A stretch of 64,000 nt of DNA from a virus (IMGVR_UViG_3300027151_000220), one strand, 5' to 3'. Positions 9,179 through 19,104 are shown, numbered from the stretch's first letter. The notes: generated by a model from the letters alone, not told the origin. Numbers and translations are program-made.

Positions 9179-11338
9179 ATGCCTTTTCAACTTAGTCCTG
9201 GCGTTGCAGTTGTAGAAAAAGACTTTACCTCTATTGTACCAGCAGTTTCGACTTCTGCTGGTGCTTTTGCTGGAGTGTTCCAGTGGGGTCCAGTTCTTCA
9301 ACCTGTAACCATTTCATCTGAAACCGAACTTGTTCGTCGTTTCGGAAAACCTGTTGCCGATAGTGCAGCATCTTTTTTCACAGCAGCAAACTTCTTATCA
9401 TATACAAACAATTTATTGGTCGTTCGTGTTGATACAATCAATCACCGTAATGCTGTTTCTAGTCCATCTGGTACTGTAACTGCAATTACCAGAAGTGCTG
9501 CTGGATCAGGTTATACTTCTGCTCCAGTTGTAACACTTAGCGCACCACAAATTGCTGGTGGTGTGCAAGCCACTGCAGTAGCCAATATGGCTGGTAGTTC
9601 TATTACTTCCGCTGCAGTTTCTGCTGGTGGTACTGGTTACACTGGAACACCTACTATAACTTTCACTGCTCCAGCTGGTGGTACTGCTGCGACTGGTACT
9701 GTTCAAGTTACTGATGGTGCTGTTACTGGCATCACAATCACTAGCGGTGGATCTGGTTATACAACTGCTCCAACTGCAGTTATTACTGGTACTGGTACTG
9801 GCGCAACTGCTGGTGCGATCACTCTTTCTAGTACAACAGTTGCTAGCATTACAGTTACCAATGGCGGATCTGGATATACTTCTGCTCCAACAGTTACACT
9901 AACTGGTGGCGGTGGTACTGGTGCTTCTGGAACTGCAGTTGTTGCAACTGGTGGCGTTAAAATTAATAACGAAAACGATTACCTAACATCTTTTGTAAAT
10001 GGTGCTGGTGTTGTTGGCGAATTCGCTGCAAAATATCCAGGAACATTGGGTAACTCTTTATTAGTTTCTTTAGCTGACGCATCAAGTTTTTCTACATGGG
10101 CATACAAAGATGAATTTGATACAGCTCCAGGAACTTCTGATGCTGCAGCAAGCGTAGGTGGTTCAAATGATGAACTACATTTAATCGTTATCGATGAGGA
10201 TGGTTTGTGGACTGGTGTTCCAGGAACTATTCTAGAAAAATATTCTTATGTTTCAAAAGCTGGTGACGCAAAGAAATTTGACGGAACTAATAACTACTAC
10301 AAAGACGTAATCAATTCTCGCTCACAGTATATCTGGTGGATGGATCATCCAGCTACTGGAACTAACTGGGGTAATGATGTAGCAGGAACATCATTCGCTA
10401 ACTCTGCATCTGTAACTCGTTCTCTATCAGGTGGTCTTGATGATTTCACTGCAACTGATGGTCAACGTATCACTGCATGGACTATTTTCTCTGATGATGC
10501 AACTTATGACATCTCATTAATTCCAGCAGGTAAATGTTCTGTTGCGGTTGCCAATGCTATCATTGATATTGTAGAAACTAGAAGAGATTGTATGGCATTC
10601 TTCTCTCCAGAAGATACTGATGGTTCTATCATCACTAGCGCAAATAGCCAAGGAACTGCCGTAACTAAAATCATTGCATATCGCAATGCATTGACAACTA
10701 CTTCTTATGCAGCTTTAGATTCTGGCTATAAGTATCAATATGATCGTTACAACGACAAGTATCGTTATGTTCCACTAAACGGCGATATCGCTGGATTGTG
10801 CGCACGTACTGACTACACTAACGATGCATGGTGGTCTCCAGGTGGTTTGAATCGTGGTCAAGTTAAGAACGTAGTTAAGCTAGCAATTAGTTTAGACAAA
10901 ACAGATCGTGACAACCTATACAAGAATGGCGTAAACCCAGTTGTTACTTTCCCAGGAGATGGTACTGTATTGTTTGGCGATAAGACATTATTGGCTAAGC
11001 CATCTGCATTCGATCGCATTAACGTGCGTCGTCTGTTTATTGTTCTTGAGAAAGCCATTGCAACTGCTGCTAAGTATCAGTTGTTTGAATTCAACGATGG
11101 ATTCACTCGTGCTCAGTTTAAGAACTTAGTTGAACCATTCCTACGTGACGTTCAAGGTCGTCGTGGTATTACTGACTTCGTTGTTAAGTGTGATGACTCT
11201 AACAATACTGGCGAAGTTATTGACCGTAACGAATTCGTTGCTGATATCTTTATCAAGCCAGCACGTTCAATTAACTTTATTACTCTTAACTTCGTTGCTG
11301 CTCGTTCTGGAATTAATTTCAGCGAGATCGGTGGCTAA
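9179..11338 (+). CDS. gp18: tail sheath protein with inserted Gly/Thr-rich repeat domain
   Basis: N-terminus LSPGVAVVEKDF..FAGVFQWGPVLQPVTISSETELVRRFGKP..FLSYTNNLLVVRV aligns to T4 gp18 (LSPGIELKE..LAGKFQWGPAFQIKQV..NFLQYGNDLRVVRA). Conserved C-terminal sheath domain. Four tandem SGYTSAPxVTL...GG.GATA repeats at residues ~105-260. Confidence 0.9.
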   Translation: MPFQLSPGVAVVEKDFTSIVPAVSTSAGAFAGVFQWGPVLQPVTISSETELVRRFGKPVADSAASFFTAANFLSYTNNLLVVRVDTINHRNAVSSPSGTVTAITRSAAGSGYTSAPVVTLSAPQIAGGVQATAVANMAGSSITSAAVSAGGTGYTGTPTITFTAPAGGTAATGTVQVTDGAVTGITITSGGSGYTTAPTAVITGTGTGATAGAITLSSTTVASITVTNGGSGYTSAPTVTLTGGGGTGASGTAVVATGGVKINNENDYLTSFVNGAGVVGEFAAKYPGTLGNSLLVSLADASSFSTWAYKDEFDTAPGTSDAAASVGGSNDELHLIVIDEDGLWTGVPGTILEKYSYVSKAGDAKKFDGTNNYYKDVINSRSQYIWWMDHPATGTNWGNDVAGTSFANSASVTRSLSGGLDDFTATDGQRITAWTIFSDDATYDISLIPAGKCSVAVANAIIDIVETRRDCMAFFSPEDTDGSIITSANSQGTAVTKIIAYRNALTTTSYAALDSGYKYQYDRYNDKYRYVPLNGDIAGLCARTDYTNDAWWSPGGLNRGQVKNVVKLAISLDKTDRDNLYKNGVNPVVTFPGDGTVLFGDKTLLAKPSAFDRINVRRLFIVLEKAIATAAKYQLFEFNDGFTRAQFKNLVEPFLRDVQGRRGITDFVVKCDDSNNTGEVIDRNEFVADIFIKPARSINFITLNFVAARSGINFSEIGG
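9490..9960. repeat. four tandem ~27-30-aa GSGYT(S/T)AP-type repeats inside the sheath gene
   Basis: Protein repeats GSGYTSAPVVTLSAPQIAGGVQATAVAN / GTGYTGTPTITFTAPAGGTAATGTVQV / GSGYTTAPTAVITGTGTGATAGAITL / GSGYTSAPTVTLTGGGGTGASGTAVV. Same family as the gp14 repeats. Confidence 0.65.
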
Positions 11339-11372
11339 GAGACTAAATAAAGAAAGAACAAAGGAGATTTAA

Positions 11373-11966
11373 ATGGCAAATATTAGCGACTTCAAAGCGC
11401 AAATGATTGGTGGCGGTGCTCGCCCAAATCAATTCCGTGTTGAATTAGTATTCCCAAGCTACGTACCACTAGGTGTCGTAGCTGGTCAACGTGCTCAGTT
11501 CTTGTGTAAGTCTGCACAGTTACCAGCTTCCACTATCGAGAACATTCAAGTTCTTTATAAAGGTCGTCCAGTAAACTTCGCAGGCGAGCGTAACTTTGCT
11601 CCATGGACTGTATCAATTTACAACGATACTACTTTCAATATCCGTAATGCTATGGAACAATGGCAAGCTGGTATTCAAAGTTATAGTTCAACTGATGGTA
11701 GAACAAACCCACGTGACTATCAAGTAGACTTACAAGTGCATCAACTAGATCGCTCTGGCGCAATCATCAAGTCATACAAATTTGTAGATGCATTCCCAAC
11801 AAACATTGGACCAATCGCATTAGACTATGATCAACAAAACCAGATCGAACAATTTGATGTAGAATTCCAATTCAATTACTTTACTTCTAATGCAACTGAG
11901 GGTGGTGGAATCAATCTTAATGTTTCCGTTGATACACCAATCGGTAGTTTCCCACTACCAATTTAA
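11373..11966 (+). CDS. gp19: tail tube protein
   Basis: RPNQFRVELVFP..QFLCKSAQLPASTIENIQV..FAPWTVSIYNDTTFNIRNAMEQWQ matches the T4 gp19 pattern (RPNLFQVEISYLG..FQCKATALPAGIVEKIPV..FDDWTVTVMNDEAHDARQKFVDWQ). Follows the sheath gene. Confidence 0.85.
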   Translation: MANISDFKAQMIGGGARPNQFRVELVFPSYVPLGVVAGQRAQFLCKSAQLPASTIENIQVLYKGRPVNFAGERNFAPWTVSIYNDTTFNIRNAMEQWQAGIQSYSSTDGRTNPRDYQVDLQVHQLDRSGAIIKSYKFVDAFPTNIGPIALDYDQQNQIEQFDVEFQFNYFTSNATEGGGINLNVSVDTPIGSFPLPI

Positions 11967-11991
11967 CTTTATAATTAGGGTTTTTTAAATT

Positions 11992-13566
11992 ATGCAAATT
12001 TTTGGATTTGAGATAAAGCGTAAGCAGACAGACAAAGAGATCGGAGCAGTTGTAACTCCGATCTCTGATGATGGATCAACAGTTGTATCCACGAATGCCA
12101 CTTCCTATTATGGAATGGTTATGGATATGGATACCATCGTTAAAAATGAGAACGATCTTATTCGTCGTTATAGAGATACTTCTTTATATGCTGACTGTGA
12201 TGCTGCTATTGAAGATATTGTAAACGAAGCGATTATCGCTGAACCTGATGATCAAGCTGTTAAAATTAACTTAGACAAAGTTAAATTGTCTGACGGAATT
12301 AAAGGTAAGATTAGAACAGAGTTTGATGAAGTCCTTCGTTTATTAAATTTTGATGACAAGGGTCATGACATTTTCCGTCAGTGGTATATTGATGGAAGAA
12401 TTTATTACAATATTTTAATTGATATGAACCAACCTAAGTTGGGCATTCAAGAATTGCGTTTTGTGGATCCTCGTAAGATTCGCAAGATTAAAAAGGTTGA
12501 AAAGAAAAGAACACCACAAGGTGTTGATGTTGTAGTTAAGAGCGAAGAATTTTATCTGTATAATGATAAAGGTATTCAAGAGAATACTACGCAAGGAATT
12601 AAGCTCTCGTTAGATTCAATTATCTACACCCCTTCGGGAATGGTGGATCAGAATACTGGCATGATGATGTCTTATTTGCATAAAGCGATTAAGCCAACCA
12701 ACCAGTTAAAGATGATTGAAGATGCAGTAGTTATCTACCGCATTTCACGTGCACCTGAGCGTAGAGTATTTTATGTTGACGTTGGTAATCTGCCGAAATT
12801 AAAAGCAGAACAATACGTCAATGATATTATGAACAAGTTTAGAAATAAAATTGTTTATGATGCGACAACTGGAGAGACTCGTGACGATCGTCGTCATTTG
12901 AGTATGATGGAAGATTTCTGGATGCCACGTCGTGAAGGTGGTAAAGGAACTGAAATTACAACTCTTCCAGGTGGGCAGAATTTGGGAGATATTGCTGATA
13001 TTCAATATTTCCAAACTAAATTATATCAGGCATTGAATGTGCCATTATCAAGATTACAACCAGCTACTGGTTTCTCTCTTGGTAGAAGTACTGAGATTTC
13101 TCGTGATGAGATTAAGTTTAATAAATTTATTGCTCGTCTACGTAAAAAGTTTTCTGGATTGTTTAGTGGTGCATTGCGTGTTCAATTAATTGCCAAAGGT
13201 ATTATTCGTGATGAAGAATGGACTGCAATTGAACAAGCAATACAATATGATTATCAAGCAGATAATCATTTCACTGAATTAAAAGATAATGAGTTGTTAA
13301 TGCAGAGAGTTACAGCACTGCAGCAAGTTGAGCCATATATTGGTCGTTTTTATTCTAGCGCATGGATTCGTAAGAATCTGTTGATGCAAACTGATGAAGA
13401 AATTGAAATTATGGATAAAGAAATGGCTGAAGATAAAGTTCAACAAATGCAGTTAGCTGATGAACAAGGAAGATTATCTGCAGTCACTCAGGTAGCCCAG
13501 CAACAACATTTAGCAGATAATGGTTTTGGCGGAAACGAAGAATCGCCTAATCAAGATAAAAAATAA
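11992..13566 (+). CDS. gp20: portal vertex protein
   Basis: 524 aa, the same length as T4 gp20. Position sheath-tube-portal-gp67-gp68-protease-scaffold-MCP is the T4 order. Acidic C-terminus. Confidence 0.8.
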   Translation: MQIFGFEIKRKQTDKEIGAVVTPISDDGSTVVSTNATSYYGMVMDMDTIVKNENDLIRRYRDTSLYADCDAAIEDIVNEAIIAEPDDQAVKINLDKVKLSDGIKGKIRTEFDEVLRLLNFDDKGHDIFRQWYIDGRIYYNILIDMNQPKLGIQELRFVDPRKIRKIKKVEKKRTPQGVDVVVKSEEFYLYNDKGIQENTTQGIKLSLDSIIYTPSGMVDQNTGMMMSYLHKAIKPTNQLKMIEDAVVIYRISRAPERRVFYVDVGNLPKLKAEQYVNDIMNKFRNKIVYDATTGETRDDRRHLSMMEDFWMPRREGGKGTEITTLPGGQNLGDIADIQYFQTKLYQALNVPLSRLQPATGFSLGRSTEISRDEIKFNKFIARLRKKFSGLFSGALRVQLIAKGIIRDEEWTAIEQAIQYDYQADNHFTELKDNELLMQRVTALQQVEPYIGRFYSSAWIRKNLLMQTDEEIEIMDKEMAEDKVQQMQLADEQGRLSAVTQVAQQQHLADNGFGGNEESPNQDKK

Positions 13567-13578
13567 AGGAGATACACC

Positions 13579-14007
13579 ATGAGTAATTCAGTTAGAGATT
13601 TGGTTTCGGCAATCGCCACAGGAAACGCAGTGCAAACAGAACAAGCATTTAATGCTACTATGGCAGAAAAGATTTCCGCTAAGTTAGATAATATGCGTAT
13701 GGATGTTGCTCAATCTTTGTTTAATCAAACAGAAGAAGAAGAACTTGTTTACGAAGAAGTTCAATTAACTCAAGAAGAGTATGATGCTCTTACAGAAGAA
13801 GAAAAACAAGCATTCGTGTTAGACGAAGGTCTTGGTAAATTTGTTGGTAAAGTAGTTAAAGGTACTGCTAAACTTGCTGGTAAAGCAGTTGGAGCAGCTA
13901 TCGGTGGCGTAGCTAGAACAGCAGGTGCCATTCGTCAAGTTGTACCAGCAGTTAAAGATGCTTATGCGAAGGGTCGTATTGCAACTCACAAGGCTATCGC
14001 AGGATAA
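13579..14007 (+). CDS. gp67: prohead core protein (gp67-like): acidic N-half, Gly/Ala/Lys-rich C-half
   Basis: Position immediately after the portal. EEEELVYEEVQLTQEEYDALTEEEKQ acidic stretch followed by GKFVGKVVKGTAKLAGKAVGAAIGG. Strong SD AAGGAGA. Confidence 0.5.
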   Translation: MSNSVRDLVSAIATGNAVQTEQAFNATMAEKISAKLDNMRMDVAQSLFNQTEEEELVYEEVQLTQEEYDALTEEEKQAFVLDEGLGKFVGKVVKGTAKLAGKAVGAAIGGVARTAGAIRQVVPAVKDAYAKGRIATHKAIAG

Positions 14008-14012
14008 TATTA

Positions 14013-14558
14013 ATGTATTATACTGACTTTACAAATAAGATCAAACCTTCTGGTGTAGTAGAAAGTATCAGATCTTATCAACATCTAATTGAAAAATTAG
14101 ATACAGGTAAAGTTTTAATTGATAATGTTGAAACTAAATTTAATACAGTTGAAGAAGCCAGACAATACATTAAACAAAATTATATTTCTCAAAAGTTAGA
14201 AGAACAAGTTTCAAAACAAGCATATAAAGAAATATCTGAACATACTGTCGCAAACATTATTAAAGAACATTATGATATTAAAGTTACAGATACTTTAATA
14301 GAATCATACCTCGAACTGGCTTCCTCAAAAATGTTTACAGTAGATATTGTTGTTCAAGAAATTAGAAAACTCAATAAATTAGATTCTATTATTGAAAATA
14401 AAATTCATTATGAATTGCAAGATGGTAGCATCGTTGCTATTGATGAACAAACTCAAGAACAACTAAATAATTTATTGGCAAACCATAAAGATGTTGTTGA
14501 GTATATGCGTGAAAGCAAAGACAACTTCTTTAACGTAGTTAATAAGATTAAGGAATAA
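14013..14558 (+). CDS. gp68: prohead core protein gp68-like
   Basis: Position between gp67-like and the protease. Lys/Glu-rich alpha-helical composition. Confidence 0.4.
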   Translation: MYYTDFTNKIKPSGVVESIRSYQHLIEKLDTGKVLIDNVETKFNTVEEARQYIKQNYISQKLEEQVSKQAYKEISEHTVANIIKEHYDIKVTDTLIESYLELASSKMFTVDIVVQEIRKLNKLDSIIENKIHYELQDGSIVAIDEQTQEQLNNLLANHKDVVEYMRESKDNFFNVVNKIKE

Positions 14559-14561
14559 GAA

Positions 14562-14990
14562 ATGGCAATGACGCTAACAACTGTCAAAAATACAAATCAG
14601 GAGACTGTAATTCACTTTGCGTCTTCTGCTGCAGAGACTGGCACTATCACTCTATCTAACTTAACTGCTCCTGCTCAAGCAAGAAATGCTGATGCACCAA
14701 AAGTTGATATCGTTAAATTTATCTGCACTGGTGAGTTGGGTTCTAAAATTATTATTTCTAGAAATGCCAAAATGGTAATTGCAACATCACCAGAGAACGA
14801 TCTTAATGTAGAGTTTAATTCATTAGGTATTCCAGTTAATAATGATGATACATCTGATATTTCTATTATTAATAGCGTAGCAAAAGATGTAACTGGTTGG
14901 ATCGTGCTTCGTAAAGTTGCTGGTTGGTCTACTGAAGTTGAAACTGCAACATTCGGTTCTTACGATAACCCAACAGTAGTAGGAAGCTAA
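14562..14990 (+). CDS. hypothetical protein (head-module insert, possibly structural)
   Basis: 142-aa ORF tightly packed between the gp68-like gene and the protease (stop/start TAAAATG). No T4 counterpart at this position. Confidence 0.35.
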   Translation: MAMTLTTVKNTNQETVIHFASSAAETGTITLSNLTAPAQARNADAPKVDIVKFICTGELGSKIIISRNAKMVIATSPENDLNVEFNSLGIPVNNDDTSDISIINSVAKDVTGWIVLRKVAGWSTEVETATFGSYDNPTVVGS

Positions 14991-14991
14991 A

Positions 14992-15645
14992 ATGAAACTT
15001 ATTAGAGAAGTTACAGAATCCGTTAATGTCATTACTGAGAGCAAACTCGGTAAAGGTAAACAATATTATATTGAAGGTGTTTTCCTTCAATCAGATTTAA
15101 CAAACCGTAATAATCGCACTTATCCAGAACAGATTATGGATAAAGAAGTTGCTCGTTATATGGAGCAATGCGTTAAACAAAATCGTGCATATGGCGAACT
15201 AGGTCATCCAGATTCACCATCTATTAATTTAGATCGTGTATCACATTTAATTGTTGACTTACGCAAAGAAGGTACGAACTATATCGGTAAAGCAAAGATT
15301 TTAGAAACTCCAATGGGTCAAATCGCCAGAGGTCTTTTAGATGGTGGTGCAAACTTAGGAGTATCTTCAAGAGCACTTGGTTCTCTACAAATGAACAAAG
15401 AGGGTGTTCAAGTGGTTCAGGATGACTTTATGCTGTCTACTGCAGCAGACATCGTTGCTGACCCATCCGCTCCAGATGCTTTCGTCCGTGGTATTATGGA
15501 AAGCAGAGAGTGGGTATTCGTTGATGGAAAGTTTGTGGAAAAGCAGATTGATGAAGTTAAATCTTTTATTAGAAAAACTTCGTCCCGTAATCTAGAGGAA
15601 GCCAAGCTACGTGCTTTCCAAGATTTTCTGACTAAAATCAGATAA
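14992..15645 (+). CDS. gp21: prohead core scaffold protein and protease
   Basis: 217 aa versus T4 gp21 212 aa. Aligned blocks YYIEGVFLQSDLTNRNNRTYP / YYFVKGVFAQADTINENKRIYP, YGELGHPDSPSINLDRVSH / VGELDHPSAESLPRIARV, and STAADIVADPSAPDAF identical to T4 ATIDAVADPSAPNA. Confidence 0.9.
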   Translation: MKLIREVTESVNVITESKLGKGKQYYIEGVFLQSDLTNRNNRTYPEQIMDKEVARYMEQCVKQNRAYGELGHPDSPSINLDRVSHLIVDLRKEGTNYIGKAKILETPMGQIARGLLDGGANLGVSSRALGSLQMNKEGVQVVQDDFMLSTAADIVADPSAPDAFVRGIMESREWVFVDGKFVEKQIDEVKSFIRKTSSRNLEEAKLRAFQDFLTKIR

Positions 15646-15687
15646 ATAATAAATAATTACATAGAACTATCCAGTTAGGAGAAAACG

Positions 15688-16680
15688 ATGTCAATCGAAC
15701 AAAAAATCGCTGAAATTCTTGCTGAGTCAAAAGCTGCTGCTCTCGAGCAACAAGTTGCTGACAATCAAGAAACTGTAGTAGAAGAGGAAGTTGAAGCTGT
15801 TGCTGAAGAAGCAGTTAAGCCAACTACTCCTCCTGCCAATCCAGACAACGCTAGAAATAACGTTGATAAAGAGAAAGCAGCTGAGGGTGGTACTTCAAAG
15901 ACAAAGAACAAAGTAAACCAAGATGAAGAAGCAGCTGAAGCCAGCCATCTTCCAATCAAAGGTGTAAAAGAAGATATTGATGCACTTATGAATGGTGAAG
16001 AACTCTCTGAAGAGTTCCGTACTAAAGCTACTACCATTTATGAAGCAGCAGTTACTACTCGTGTAAAAGCAGAAGTAGCTCGCATCGAAGAAGAATACGC
16101 TACTAAACTCGAAGAAGAAGTAGCAGAAATTGCAGAGGGTCTTGTTGAAAAGGTTGATGGATATCTCGACTACGTTGTCGAGCAGTGGATTGCACAGAAT
16201 GAAATAGCCCTTGAGCATGGTATGAAGTCCGAAATCCTTGAAGGATTTGTTGCTGGACTAAAAGGTCTTTTCGAAGAACACTATATCGATATTCCAGAAG
16301 AGAAGTTCGATGTATTAGGTTCAATGGAAAGTAAAGTTGAAGAACTCGAAGCAAAACTAAACGAGCAAGTTGCGACTAACGTTGAATTGAATAAAACAAT
16401 CGGCGAACTAAAGCGTAATGAAATCGTTGAAACTGCATGCGAAGGTTTAACTGATACTGAAGTAGAAAAACTAAAAGGTTTAGCAGAAGAACTTTCTTAT
16501 GAAGATTCTGACACTTTTAAAACAAAAGTACAGACTATTCGTGAGAATTATTTCACTACCAAGCAACAAGCGGAAGTAACATCCGTGGTAACTGATGAGC
16601 CAGTGGAAACTTTGACTGAGGAAAAGAAAATTGATCCTACAATGGCAAAGTATCTATCCGCACTCAACTATCGCAAGTAA
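15688..16680 (+). CDS. gp22: prohead scaffolding protein
   Basis: Very acidic, coiled-coil-rich 330-aa protein between the protease and the MCP. T4 gp22 position. Confidence 0.75.
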   Translation: MSIEQKIAEILAESKAAALEQQVADNQETVVEEEVEAVAEEAVKPTTPPANPDNARNNVDKEKAAEGGTSKTKNKVNQDEEAAEASHLPIKGVKEDIDALMNGEELSEEFRTKATTIYEAAVTTRVKAEVARIEEEYATKLEEEVAEIAEGLVEKVDGYLDYVVEQWIAQNEIALEHGMKSEILEGFVAGLKGLFEEHYIDIPEEKFDVLGSMESKVEELEAKLNEQVATNVELNKTIGELKRNEIVETACEGLTDTEVEKLKGLAEELSYEDSDTFKTKVQTIRENYFTTKQQAEVTSVVTDEPVETLTEEKKIDPTMAKYLSALNYRK

Positions 16681-16703
16681 TCATTTCAAAAAAGGAAAAT
16701 AAA

Positions 16704-17975
16704 ATGAATCGTCAAGATTTACTAAAAAAATGGGCACCGATTCTAGAATCTGAATCTGCTCCAAAAATCGCTGACAACTATCGTAAAGAAGTTACAGCAG
16801 TTCTATTAGAGAACCAAGAGCGTGAGATGGCTAAGCAATCTGAAGCTCTTTTCGAAGCAGTTCCAGCTAACGCTGGTGGTACTGGTGTTGCTCTAGGTGG
16901 CGCAGGTACTAACGCTAACATGGCAGGCTACGATCCAGTATTGATCGCTTTAGTTCGTCGTGCAGCTCCACAATTAATCGCTTATGACATCGCTGGCGTT
17001 CAGCCAATGACTCAGCCAACTGGTTTGATCTTCGCAATGAAGAGCAAGTATACTAGCCAAGCTGGCGCAGAAGCATTGTTCAACGAAGCCGATACTGACT
17101 TCTCTGGTACAGGTACTCACGCTGGTTCTAACCCAGTTGATGGTACTTACACTACTGGTACTGGTATCACTACTGCTAACGCAGAAGATCTAGGTGGCGC
17201 AACTGCTTTCAATCAAATGGCTTTCTCAATCGAGAAGACAACTGTAACTGCACAAACTCGTGCTTTGAAAGCAGAATACACTGTTGAACTTGCACAAGAC
17301 TTGAAAGCAGTTCATGGTCTTGATGCTGAAGGCGAATTGAGCAACATTCTTTCTTCAGAAATCCAAGCTGAAATTAACCGTGAAGTTGTACGTACTGTAT
17401 ACGCTGCTGCTAAAGTTGGCGCAGAAGTAAACACTGCAACTGCTGGTACTTTCGACATGGACGTTGACTCAAATGGTCGTTGGTCTGTTGAGAAATTCAA
17501 AGGTTTGATGTTCCAAATCGAACGTGAAGCCAATGCGATTGCTCAGACTACTCGTCGTGGTCGTGGTAACTTCATCATCTGCTCAAGCGATGTTGCATCA
17601 GCACTAGCAATGGCAGGTGTTCTAGACTATACTCCAGCACTTGCTGGCAACAATGGTCTGAACGTTGATGAGTCATCTACTACTTTCGCAGGTGTTCTAA
17701 ACGGTAAGTACAAAGTGTATGTTGACCCATATTCTGCTAACCAATCAGCAAGCCAGTTCTTCGTTGTTGGTTACAAGGGTTCTTCAGCATTTGATGCTGG
17801 TCTATTCTACTGCCCATACGTTCCATTACAAATGGTTCGTGCAGTTGACCCATCAACTTTCCAACCTAAGATTGGTTTCAAGACTCGTTACGGTATGGTT
17901 GCAAACCCATTCACTAGCTTGTCTTCTGGCACTAACATCTACTACCGTAAGGTAAAAGTAACTAACTTGATGTAA
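16704..17975 (+). CDS. gp23: major capsid protein
   Basis: N-terminus LLKKWAPILESESAPKIADNYRKEVTAVLLENQERE aligns to T4 gp23 (LLNKWKPLLEGEGLPEIANSKQAIIAKIFENQEKD). Highly expressed-gene codon bias. Followed by a strong terminator. Confidence 0.9.
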   Translation: MNRQDLLKKWAPILESESAPKIADNYRKEVTAVLLENQEREMAKQSEALFEAVPANAGGTGVALGGAGTNANMAGYDPVLIALVRRAAPQLIAYDIAGVQPMTQPTGLIFAMKSKYTSQAGAEALFNEADTDFSGTGTHAGSNPVDGTYTTGTGITTANAEDLGGATAFNQMAFSIEKTTVTAQTRALKAEYTVELAQDLKAVHGLDAEGELSNILSSEIQAEINREVVRTVYAAAKVGAEVNTATAGTFDMDVDSNGRWSVEKFKGLMFQIEREANAIAQTTRRGRGNFIICSSDVASALAMAGVLDYTPALAGNNGLNVDESSTTFAGVLNGKYKVYVDPYSANQSASQFFVVGYKGSSAFDAGLFYCPYVPLQMVRAVDPSTFQPKIGFKTRYGMVANPFTSLSSGTNIYYRKVKVTNLM

Positions 17976-18017
17976 TCAAGTTTTTGACGAAACCTACAGT
18001 AAGATAGGTATTTAAAA

Positions 18018-18042
18018 GGGGAGCTTCGGCTCCCCTTTTTTT
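18018..18042 (+). terminator. rho-independent terminator after the MCP gene
   Basis: GGGGAGC-TTCG-GCTCCCC hairpin (UUCG tetraloop) followed by a T7 run. Confidence 0.85.
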
Positions 18043-18044
18043 AT

Positions 18045-18052
18045 TATAAATA
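18045..18052 (+). promoter_or_regulatory. T4-type late promoter motif TATAAATA
   Basis: Exact TATAAATA ~28 nt upstream of the ATG at 18080. Confidence 0.5.
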
Positions 18053-18079
18053 TTAACATGAATACACTTAAGAGTAACC

Positions 18080-18616
18080 ATGAACAATAATACTATTTCT
18101 TGTCCTATCCCAGAAAACATTTCTCCATTATCACCTAATGGGTTTATGTTCTCTGTTCAAAAATTACCACAGATTAATTTCTTCTGTCAACAAGTGAACC
18201 TACCAGGAATAACATTAGGTGCTCCAGAGTTTGGTAACCCATTTAACGTTGCTCCAATTCCAGGCGACACACTAACGTATGATACATTAGATGTGCAGTT
18301 TTTAGTTGATGAAAGTATGGAAAATTATAGAGCCATCTATAATTGGGTTGTTGCGTTAGGATTCCCAGAGACATATGAACAATATTTAAACTTTGTGAGT
18401 ACGAATGAATTAAATCAAACATCTGAACTTGCAAAAAATTATTCTGATGCTTCTCTTGTAATATTGGGATCTAACAATAAACCAGTGCAAACTATTCAAT
18501 TTCACGATGCGTTTCCTGTTAGTATTTCTTCTCTCACTTTCCAATCAACGAATCAAGATGTGCAATACTTAGTAGGTAGTGCAACATTCCGCTACGGATA
18601 CTACAAGTTTACTTGA
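18080..18616 (+). CDS. gp19-family (tail tube fold) paralog; candidate baseplate tube/tail-tube initiator protein
   Basis: MFSVQKLPQINFFCQQVNLPGITLGAPEFGNPFNVAPIPGDTLTYDTLDVQFLVDESMENYRAIYNWV follows the same F.V....F.C....LPG......F......G....D.L.V.F..DE....W pattern as gp19 (11373). Confidence 0.5.
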   Translation: MNNNTISCPIPENISPLSPNGFMFSVQKLPQINFFCQQVNLPGITLGAPEFGNPFNVAPIPGDTLTYDTLDVQFLVDESMENYRAIYNWVVALGFPETYEQYLNFVSTNELNQTSELAKNYSDASLVILGSNNKPVQTIQFHDAFPVSISSLTFQSTNQDVQYLVGSATFRYGYYKFT

Positions 18617-18641
18617 CAAAAATTGCCAATTATAGTATAAT
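18613..18641 (+). promoter_or_regulatory. sigma70-like early promoter TTGACA-N17-TATAAT
   Basis: TTGACAaaaattgccaattatagTATAAT, 25 nt upstream of the uvsY ATG. Confidence 0.55.
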
Positions 18642-18666
18642 TAAATTATGACTAATTGAGGATATT

Positions 18667-19104
18667 ATGACTTTAGATGAATTACAAACTATGTGGGAAA
18701 ATGATTGCCAGATTGATGATAACTTTCTTGGTGAAAATTCCACTGCCACACCAAAGTTACATGCTAAGTATGTAAAACTTCTGGTAAACACAAAACTCAA
18801 GCATACCAAAATCCAAGCAGATTACGCATTGTTACGTAAGAATAAGTTTCGCCATTATCGTGGCGAACTATCACGTGATGAATTGTCTAATCTTGGTTGG
18901 GATCAATGGCAAGGTGTTAAGCCACTTAAAAATGAAATGGATGAATTCCTGCAAGGTGATAGCGAGTTAGTCACTTTAAAAATTAAAATAGATTATCTTG
19001 AAACAATGATTTATTTTTTGGAATCAGTTCTCGGACAAATTAAAGCACGTGACTGGCAGATTAAAACTGCAGTTGAATGGAAGAAGTTTCTAGCAGGATT
19101 TTAA
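18667..19104 (+). CDS. uvsY: recombination mediator protein UvsY
   Basis: 145 aa. LDELQ N-terminus, central YRGELSRDE and C-terminal LKIKIDYLETMIYFLESVLGQIKARDWQIKTAVEW align with T4 UvsY (LEDLQ.., YYSG.., LQYWGILLDFCSGALDAIKSRGFAIKHIQDMR). Confidence 0.7.
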   Translation: MTLDELQTMWENDCQIDDNFLGENSTATPKLHAKYVKLLVNTKLKHTKIQADYALLRKNKFRHYRGELSRDELSNLGWDQWQGVKPLKNEMDEFLQGDSELVTLKIKIDYLETMIYFLESVLGQIKARDWQIKTAVEWKKFLAGF

